Below the pieces are notes generated by a model that saw only the letters and a list, made by a program, of their open reading frames with translations, was not told the origin of the DNA and searched no databases. The translations under genes and the position numbers were made by a program. DNA of 64,000 nt from Alphaproteobacteria bacterium. Its GTDB lineage: Bacteria > Pseudomonadota > Alphaproteobacteria > UBA828. Below, piece by piece: positions 57,352-64,000 of this stretch; within the stretch, counting starts at the first letter, position 1; every line of letters begins with the position of its first letter. Location: NCBI GenBank assembly GCA_965237415.1, contig CBDEFM010000002.1:544001-608000 (forward strand). The letters run 5' to 3'.

Positions 57352-60222
57352 CTAGGCGGCCGCCTGACGGGCAGCGTCGACGGCGCTCACGCAGCGTTCG
57401 CAGAGGTCGGGGTGGCGCTCGTCACTGCCGACCTCGGGCAGGAGCCGCCAGCAGCGCGCGCACTTTTGATCCCTGGCGGGGACGAACAGTACGCCGACCT
57501 CTGGTACCTCGGGCAGGGTCACAAGGCTGTCGTCGCCGGGGGCCTCGCTCCACGGCGCGACAACTGCGTCGGAGGTGATAAAGAGCGTCGCGCAGTCGTC
57601 GTCCTCGTGGGCGAGGGCGTCGCGGTAGCGCTCATGGACGAATATGGTGGGCGCTGCCTCCAGCGACGAGCCGATATCCTTCGCGGCACGGGCCTGCTCC
57701 AGCGCCTTGGTGACGACGCGGCGCACCGCGCGCATGCGCTCGATCCGTTCGGCCAGCGCATCATCCTGCCACGCCGCCGGCAGCGTGGGGAACACGCGCA
57801 GATGCACGCTCTCGTCGTCGGGATAGCGCGTGAGCCAGGCCTCCTCGGCGGTGAAGCAGATGAAGGGCGCGAGCCAGGCGGTCAGACAATCGAACAGCGA
57901 ATCGAGCACGGTGCGGACGGCGCGCCGGCGCATCGAATCGTCCGGGTCGCAATAAAGCGAATCCTTGCGGATGTCGAAATAGAAGGCCGAGAGATCGACC
58001 GCGCAAAAGTGGTGCAGCGCCACGAACATCTCGTGGAACGCGAACGCCTCGCACCAGCGCCGGACATCGCGGTCGAGGCCGTGGAGTCGGTGCAGCACCC
58101 AGCGTTCCAGCGCAGGCATCGCATCTGCCGGCAGTCGCTCGCGCGCGTCGAAATCGGCCAGGTTCCCCAGCAGGTAGCGGAGCGTATTGCGCAACCGGCG
58201 GTAGGAATCGACCTGGTGACGCAGAATTTCGTCGCTGATCCTGAGATCTTCGGCGTAGTCCGTGCTGACCACCCAGAGCCGGAGGATGTCGGCGCCGTAG
58301 CGCTCGTTCACCTGCTCCGGGGCGATGACGTTGCCAAGCGACTTCGACATCTTGCGCCCCTCGCCATCGACAACGAAGCCGTGGGTGAGCACGGCGTCGT
58401 AAGGCGCGCGGCCGCGTGTGCCGCAGGATTCGAGGAGCGAGCTGTGGAACCAGCCCCGGTGCTGGTCCGACCCTTCGAGATAGAGGGACGCCGGCCACAT
58501 CAGCTCCGGCCGCTTCTCGAGCACGAAGCTGTGGGTCGTGCCGCTCTCGAACCAGACGTCGAGAATGTCGGTGACCTTGTCGTATGCATCCGGGTCGTGC
58601 TCCGGTGCGAGAAAGCGCGCCTTGTCGCTGGTGAACCAGGCGTCCGCCCCTTCGGCCTCGACGGCGGCGGCGATGCGCTCGACCACGTTGGGGTCGCGCA
58701 GCGGGGTGCCGTCCTCGCGCGAGACGAAGACCGCGATCGGCACGCCCCAGACGCGTTGGCGCGAAAGCACCCAGTCCGGCCGGGTCTCGATCATCGAGCG
58801 AATGCGTGCGCGGCCGCTCGGCGGCACCCAGCGCACCTGATCGATGGCATCGAGCGCAGTGGCGCGGAGGCCGGTCGTCTCCATGCTGATGAACCACTGG
58901 AGCGTGTTGCGGAAGATCAGCGGCGCCTTGGAACGCCAGGAGTGAGGATAGGAGTGGACCAGCTTGCCGCGGGCGAGCAGGCGGTCGGCGTCGGCCAGCG
59001 CGTCGGCGATCTCGCCGTTCACCTTGTAGACGTGCTTGCCGGCAAAGCCCGGCACGTGATCGTAGAAGCAGCCGTCGTCGTCCACCGTCGCTGGAGTCTC
59101 GATGGGCCTCCGTTCGCCGCCCTTTGCGGCCAGGCCGGCGTTGTAGCGCGTGACCGCCTCGAAGTCCTCGGCGCCATGGCCCGGTGCGATATGGACGAAG
59201 CCGGTGCCTTGCTCGGTAGTCACGTGATCCGCCGGGATGAGCGGCACGGGAAAGTCGTAGCCGCGACCTCGCAGGGGGTGGGCGCAGACGGTTCCGGCGA
59301 AGGCGGTGCCGGGGAGTCCTGAAGCGATCACCCGGTGGCCGGTCACGCCGGTCTCCGCGCAGAGGGTAGGCGCGAGTTCTTCGGCAGCGGCGATCCGCGT
59401 GCCGGGGGTCACCGCGGCGCCCTCCGCGACCTCTGTCACTTCGAGCACCAGATAGCGCACCGCCTCGCCGTAGGCGATGCAGCGGTTGCCGGGGATGGTC
59501 CAGGGCGTCGTCGTCCAGATGACGATGGCGGCGCCGCGGACGGCCTCAAGCGGGCTCTCGATCACCGGGAAGGCGACGGTGATCACCACGGACGTGTGGT
59601 CGTGGTACTCGATTTCGGCCTCGGCAAGCGCCGTTTTCTCCACCGGTGACCACATCACCGGCCGGGCCCCGCGGTAGAGGCTGCCGTCGACGAGAAAACG
59701 GCCGAGTTCGCGCACGATCTGCCCCTCGGCCTCGAAGCTCATGGTGGTATAGGGATCGTCCCAGTCGCCGATCACCCCGAGCCGCTTGAACTCGTCGCGC
59801 TGCACGTCGATCCAGTGTTCGGCGAAGGCCCGGCAATCGGCGCGGAAGCGGCTGACCGGGACGGAATCCTTGTCGCGGCCTTCCTTGCGGTAAGCCTGCT
59901 CGACCTGCCACTCGATCGGCAGCCCGTGGCAATCCCAGCCCGGCACGTAGACCGAATCCTTGCCTAGCATCTGCTGGGAGCGCACGACCACGTCCTTGAG
60001 AATCTTGTTCAGCGCCGTGCCGAGGTGGAGATGACCGTTGGCGTAGGGCGGGCCGTCGTGAAGGACGAACTTGGGCCGGCCGGCAGAGGTCTCCCTCAGG
60101 CGCCGGTAGAGACCGTTCTCCTCCCAGCGTGCGGCCATCGCCGGCTCGCGTTCCGGCAGCCGCGCCTTCATGGGGAAGGCGGTGCGCGGCATGAGGACGG
60201 TATCGCGGTAATCGGCGGTCAT
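57352..60222 (-). CDS. ileS: Isoleucyl-tRNA synthetase
   Basis: LHDGPPYANG, GWDCHGLPIE, WTTTPWT, EGSDQHRGWF, KMSKS, C-terminal CARC…CERC. Confidence 0.97.
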   Translation of the reverse strand: MTADYRDTVLMPRTAFPMKARLPEREPAMAARWEENGLYRRLRETSAGRPKFVLHDGPPYANGHLHLGTALNKILKDVVVRSQQMLGKDSVYVPGWDCHGLPIEWQVEQAYRKEGRDKDSVPVSRFRADCRAFAEHWIDVQRDEFKRLGVIGDWDDPYTTMSFEAEGQIVRELGRFLVDGSLYRGARPVMWSPVEKTALAEAEIEYHDHTSVVITVAFPVIESPLEAVRGAAIVIWTTTPWTIPGNRCIAYGEAVRYLVLEVTEVAEGAAVTPGTRIAAAEELAPTLCAETGVTGHRVIASGLPGTAFAGTVCAHPLRGRGYDFPVPLIPADHVTTEQGTGFVHIAPGHGAEDFEAVTRYNAGLAAKGGERRPIETPATVDDDGCFYDHVPGFAGKHVYKVNGEIADALADADRLLARGKLVHSYPHSWRSKAPLIFRNTLQWFISMETTGLRATALDAIDQVRWVPPSGRARIRSMIETRPDWVLSRQRVWGVPIAVFVSREDGTPLRDPNVVERIAAAVEAEGADAWFTSDKARFLAPEHDPDAYDKVTDILDVWFESGTTHSFVLEKRPELMWPASLYLEGSDQHRGWFHSSLLESCGTRGRAPYDAVLTHGFVVDGEGRKMSKSLGNVIAPEQVNERYGADILRLWVVSTDYAEDLRISDEILRHQVDSYRRLRNTLRYLLGNLADFDARERLPADAMPALERWVLHRLHGLDRDVRRWCEAFAFHEMFVALHHFCAVDLSAFYFDIRKDSLYCDPDDSMRRRAVRTVLDSLFDCLTAWLAPFICFTAEEAWLTRYPDDESVHLRVFPTLPAAWQDDALAERIERMRAVRRVVTKALEQARAAKDIGSSLEAAPTIFVHERYRDALAHEDDDCATLFITSDAVVAPWSEAPGDDSLVTLPEVPEVGVLFVPARDQKCARCWRLLPEVGSDERHPDLCERCVSAVDAARQAAA

Positions 60223-61214
60223 GAGCGCACCTGGCGGCGGGGCAGGACGTCGGACTCTTCGGCGTCCGGCGCCGGCATGTTGGCGAGGATGGCACGGGCG
60301 GTGTCGCAGTCCGTGGCGATCTGCGCCTTCAGGGCCTCGATACCGTCGAAGCGGCGCTCGGGCCGTACCCTGTCTGCGAAGGCGGCGCGCAGCCGCCTGC
60401 CATAAAGATCGCCGGCATAGTCGAAGATATGCACTTCGAGCAGGTCCTCCGTCTTGTCGAACGTCGGCCGGCGGCCGAGATTGGCCACCGCCGGATACCA
60501 GCGTCCATCGTCGCTGTCGCCGACGGGCTGGGCCCACAGCGCATAGACGCCACGCGCCGGATGGAGAATCCCGGCGGTGCGCAGATTGGCCGTCGGGAAG
60601 CCGATGGTTCGGCCACGGCGATCGCCCGTGACCACGTGGCCATCGATTTCCCAATAGCGGCCTAGCACCGCAGGGAGCGCTGCAACGTCGCCGGCCGCCA
60701 GCAGCCGGCGTGCCCGGCTCGCCGAATGGACTTCCGTGCCCGTGCCAGCCGCTTCGATACTGGTCACGCCGACCCCGAGCGATGCGCCGATCTCCGAAAG
60801 CAGGGCGACGGTGCCGGCGCGCCCTCGACCGAAAGCGAAGTCGTGACCGACCACGACGTGGCGGGCGCCAATCCCCGCCGCTACCACGTCCGCGACGAAA
60901 GATGCCGGCTCGCGGGCGGCGAAGGTGCGATCGAACCGTGCGATATAGAGAATCTCGATACCGAGGCCGGCAAGATGACGTGCCTTGACCCGGAAAGGCG
61001 TGAGCCGGAAGGGCTCATCGGGAGCCGCAAGCACTTGGCGCGGGTGCGGCTCGAAGGTGAGCACGGCGAGCGGTGCCCCGAGGGCGCGGGCGATCCGCCG
61101 GCCTTTCTCCACGACAGCGCGGTGGCCTAAATGGACGCCGTCGAAATTGCCGATGGCAACCACCGCGCCGCGCGCGTCTGCGGGCGTTGAATGCCAATGC
61201 CGAACGATGCGCAT
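60219..61214 (-). CDS. ribF: Riboflavin kinase / FAD synthetase
   Basis: GNFDGVHLGH, TFEPHP, GHDFAFG, GRTIGFPTAN, LEVHIFD. Confidence 0.95.
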   Translation of the reverse strand: MRIVRHWHSTPADARGAVVAIGNFDGVHLGHRAVVEKGRRIARALGAPLAVLTFEPHPRQVLAAPDEPFRLTPFRVKARHLAGLGIEILYIARFDRTFAAREPASFVADVVAAGIGARHVVVGHDFAFGRGRAGTVALLSEIGASLGVGVTSIEAAGTGTEVHSASRARRLLAAGDVAALPAVLGRYWEIDGHVVTGDRRGRTIGFPTANLRTAGILHPARGVYALWAQPVGDSDDGRWYPAVANLGRRPTFDKTEDLLEVHIFDYAGDLYGRRLRAAFADRVRPERRFDGIEALKAQIATDCDTARAILANMPAPDAEESDVLPRRQVRS

Positions 61215-61388
61215 AGGCGCGATTTCTCCGAAGCCGAGCGCGCGGGAGAATAGGCTTTCGACCCTGCCTTGGCCAGCGCCGCGCGGGCCCGTCAGCCTGG
61301 TTTTCAGAGCGCGAAGAAAGGCCTTGAGAGCGAAGTATGCTCACTCACGGTCGCCATGCTCATCAACTCGTGGGTCGGAGCTTGCGGC

Positions 61389-62039
61389 TCACCACATGCG
61401 CAAGCCGACCAGGAGGACATGTTGGGTGACCTCGCCGTAATCGTTGAGGCCGCCGGTTTTCAGGTATCGGTATCCGACGTGCCACCCCTGGAAGTGAACA
61501 CCCAGTCCAATTTGATACGCGAATTCCGTGTCTGTGTCGTCGCCACTACCCTGGAGCGCATTTTTCGCTCTATCCACAATTCGGTGGCTCGTCTTGGCGA
61601 ACAGCATTCCGGCGCCGCCACCGAGATAGACGCCCCACGCGCTATCGGCCCCGATGTCGACCCAGGAGTTGAGCATCACCCCATAGGTGCGGACATCGCC
61701 GGAGACCGAGGCGGTCAGTCCCTGCGCCTGCTGCTCGCTTCCCGATGCCGTGTCTATGTCGAAGAAGACCTCGGCCTCGGCGCGAACCATCTCGGTGAGG
61801 CCCATTCCCACGACACCGCCTACGCGAAAACTGGTGTCGTCATAGCTGGGAGAGGCGATGTCGCCGCAGCCGTCGTCACTGCAGCCCAGGAACTCCGAAG
61901 CCTTCCCCGGCAAGTCAAAATCGTACAAGCCGACGTCGAAGCCGAAATAAAGGCCGCCCTGTTCGGCGTGGCTCGCGGTGGTCATCATTGCCGGGACCGC
62001 GAACGCGATTCCGGCCAAGGCTGACAGAAGCGCTCTCAT
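61389..62039 (-). CDS. Outer-membrane beta-barrel protein (opacity/Msp4/OmpA-like)
   Basis: Signal peptide, GLYFG, RAEAE, MLNSWVD, YLGGGAG, FAYQIGLG, GYRY, C-terminal aromatic residue (GLRMW). Confidence 0.8.
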   Translation of the reverse strand: MRALLSALAGIAFAVPAMMTTASHAEQGGLYFGFDVGLYDFDLPGKASEFLGCSDDGCGDIASPSYDDTSFRVGGVVGMGLTEMVRAEAEVFFDIDTASGSEQQAQGLTASVSGDVRTYGVMLNSWVDIGADSAWGVYLGGGAGMLFAKTSHRIVDRAKNALQGSGDDTDTEFAYQIGLGVHFQGWHVGYRYLKTGGLNDYGEVTQHVLLVGLRMW

Positions 62040-62170
62040 CCCGATTCCCCCCGTGCAGCGGGCCAAGCGACTCCGACTCGGCGGAAGACAGCGCCCTGAC
62101 GTTCCACGTGCAGGGCGCGCGCGTCAATATCGGCGTCTGCCGAGATTTCGGTGGGGGAGGGGAAAGAGGG

Positions 62171-62197
62171 GGAGGGGGCGCCCGCTGCGCCCCCTCC
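62171..62197 (-). terminator. Hairpin terminator after the sugar-binding protein gene
   Basis: GGAGGGGGCGC / GCGCCCCCTCC 11-bp stem, followed on the minus strand by a pyrimidine tract. Confidence 0.6.
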
Positions 62198-62208
62198 GAT
62201 AGTCCGGC

Positions 62209-63624
62209 TCAGTCGCCCGGATAGGCCGCCGGCTTCGAGGCCCACTGCATATAGGCCTCGCGCTGCGCGTCGACGCCCACCTTCTCGGTGAGCTCGTCCC
62301 AGGCATCGGCAACGCCGTCGAGCTCCGACTGCGGGTCGGCTCCGCCCATTACCGCCTGAAGCCCGATCGCCAACGCATCCTCGTAGGCGAAGGTGTTGAT
62401 GACCGAGAGATCGAGCAGGCCTGAGACCGCGCCAGCTTGCAACGCATCGAGATACTCCTTCGCATCCGGCCAGAGCGACTGGTACTCCGGAGACGAGAAG
62501 TGCGACTTGCGGAAGGGATCGCGCAGCGTGTAGGGCAGCTGCACCCGCTGGCCGCTGATGTCGATGCTGTTGATCCACTGGATGTAGAGGTAGGCCGCGT
62601 CCTTGTTGTTGCTGTCGGACGAGACTGCCATCGAGAATCCGGCGGCGAGCTGGGGATGGCCGCCCGGCGGCAGCGCATAGCCCACGTTGCCCGAGACCAC
62701 CGACGGCGGCACCCACTGCATGGCGATGTCATCGGTGCCATAGCCCGCCGACCAGCGGCCGACCGGCGGCCACCACTGAGTCATGGCGATCTGGCCGGCG
62801 TTGAAGGCGGCCAGCGACTCGATCGCGCCCCACTGCTCGATGCCTGGCGGCATGGTGGTGTTGTCCTTCACCATGCCGGCGAGCGCCTTGACGCAGCCGG
62901 GGCCGTTAACCGTTGCCTTCATGGACTCGGAATCGAAGAACTTGCAGCCCTCGTTCCGTGCCCGCTCCTGATAGAAGTAGTGCAGGAGGCCGCGCACCCG
63001 CATGAAGCCGGCTCCGTAAACCTCCGGCGCTTTCGCGTCGGTGATCGCCTTGCTGACCTCGTAGAACTCGTCCCACGTGGTCGGCACCGAGAGGCCCATC
63101 TCCTCGAAAATGTCCTTGCGGTAATAGAGAATCAGCACGTCGCCATCATCCGGGAAGCCGTAGATGGTGTCGCCGACCCTCATCTGGTTCTCGCGGTAGA
63201 CGTCGCCGATATCCTCGAGCTCCTCGCGATAGCCGTACTTGTCGACGTATTCGTCGAGCGGCTCGACGGCGCCGGCGCGCACCATGTCGCCCATCCAGGC
63301 AGGCACCACGCTCAGCACGTCATAGGCGCCGGTTCCCGCCCGATGCTCCTGAAGCATCTTGGGAAACATCTCGTTGACCTGGGATTCGATCACGTTGACC
63401 TTGATCCCCGTGAGCTCTTCCCACATCGGGCCGGAGAAGTTCTGCGGGCCCAGCGACTGGAGCCCGGCCTCCCAAATCACGTTGATCTCGGTTCCGGCAT
63501 ACTGCTTGGCCTCGCGCACCGCGATTTCTGCGGCGCTCTCGGCCCAGGCGGCGCCCGATCCCACGCCCAGCAGCGCGAGCGCGGCGACCCCGCCGATCAT
63601 TGACCGCATCGTTCCGATTGCCAT
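62209..63624 (-). CDS. Carbohydrate ABC substrate-binding protein (CUT1 family)
   Basis: Signal peptide, WEELTGIKVNV, LYYRKDIF, VPTTWDEF, AAYLYIQW, DPFRKSHF. Confidence 0.85.
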   Translation of the reverse strand: MAIGTMRSMIGGVAALALLGVGSGAAWAESAAEIAVREAKQYAGTEINVIWEAGLQSLGPQNFSGPMWEELTGIKVNVIESQVNEMFPKMLQEHRAGTGAYDVLSVVPAWMGDMVRAGAVEPLDEYVDKYGYREELEDIGDVYRENQMRVGDTIYGFPDDGDVLILYYRKDIFEEMGLSVPTTWDEFYEVSKAITDAKAPEVYGAGFMRVRGLLHYFYQERARNEGCKFFDSESMKATVNGPGCVKALAGMVKDNTTMPPGIEQWGAIESLAAFNAGQIAMTQWWPPVGRWSAGYGTDDIAMQWVPPSVVSGNVGYALPPGGHPQLAAGFSMAVSSDSNNKDAAYLYIQWINSIDISGQRVQLPYTLRDPFRKSHFSSPEYQSLWPDAKEYLDALQAGAVSGLLDLSVINTFAYEDALAIGLQAVMGGADPQSELDGVADAWDELTEKVGVDAQREAYMQWASKPAAYPGD

Positions 63625-63672
63625 GGATGGTCTCCCCTCGTTCGGCGCGACGGCGCCGCGCACTCCTCCAAA

Positions 63673-64000
63673 CTATCGCCCGCCGGCGGCGCCCATGCGC
63701 GGGCCACGGCACGCCTTTCGCAGCGCGGCGATGCCCTCCGCGACACCGCGCTGCACCAGCCAAGCGTCTCCAGAATAGCATAGGAAGTCGACGCCGATGT
63801 CATGCAGCGCCATACCGGTCGCGGTGTCTTCGAAAATGCGGCCGAGCGACTTGCCGTATTGCGTGCAGGCTGCGCCCACGCGCTGCATCGCCGCCTGGAA
63901 CCTCGGATGATCGAACTTCGCCGGAATCCCCATGGCGACCGAAAGGTCGAAGTGGCCGATCCATATGCCGTCCACGCCGTCGAGAGCGGCGATCGCCTCA
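63673..64000 (-). CDS. HpcH/HpaI aldolase family (5' end outside window)
   Basis: IAALDGVDGIWIGHFDLSVAMGIP…FDHP signature. Confidence 0.8.
   Translation of the reverse strand, partial: EAIAALDGVDGIWIGHFDLSVAMGIPAKFDHPRFQAAMQRVGAACTQYGKSLGRIFEDTATGMALHDIGVDFLCYSGDAWLVQRGVAEGIAALRKACRGPRMGAAGGR

Noticed and set aside
60223-60654. Apparent 144-aa N-terminal extension of IleS (similar extensions on MutL, HisA, creatininase and TVP38)
   Set aside because: These are open-frame run-ons into upstream genes. Internal starts with ATGA/GTGA overlaps or an RBS match the family N-termini.
62150-62200. G/C-run region as a cuckoo (CCUCCUCCC) sRNA or G-quadruplex
   Set aside because: It is explained by a single terminator hairpin with a pyrimidine tail, and there are no repeated CCUCCUCCC loops.
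1-64000. CRISPR arrays, tRNA/rRNA genes, integrases, prophage or defence islands
   Set aside because: No regularly spaced repeats, cloverleaf-like sequences or such protein motifs were seen by eye; tRNAscan/Infernal were not run.

Overview
High-GC bacterial chromosome segment, most likely from an alphaproteobacterium of the Rhodospirillales type (inferred from gene order and protein motifs). It holds about 70 CDS and no rRNA, tRNA, CRISPR array or transposase. Housekeeping blocks (gshA-rsmE-ubiA-ubiD, hisB-H-A-F-E-HIT, comM, nnr, amtB, glnE, ispG, ctaA, mutL-lspA-ileS-ribF) alternate with nitrogen-catabolic clusters. These are an HcnABC/opine-oxidase-like trio; a Tat-exported ABC importer with amidohydrolase, creatininase, ureohydrolase and deaminase; a class IV aminotransferase-PxpC-biotin carrier-DadA group; and a Liv-type ABC system. 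Notable items missing from the ORF track: (1) a self-contained small mRNA with a 16-nt perfect complement of the 16S rRNA 3' end ahead of a 24-aa ORF; (2) a ~0.8-kb cassette between 20-bp direct repeats with an unusual antitoxin and a Doc toxin that has no ATG/GTG/TTG start; (3) a 269-bp structured MITE whose terminal repeat supplies an in-frame ATG to ctaA; (4) a 43-aa membrane microprotein after pxpA. Also notable are a pgi gene collapsed by an in-frame internal deletion and a GlnE whose second nucleotidyltransferase site is degenerate. All family assignments are by eye; no searches were run.
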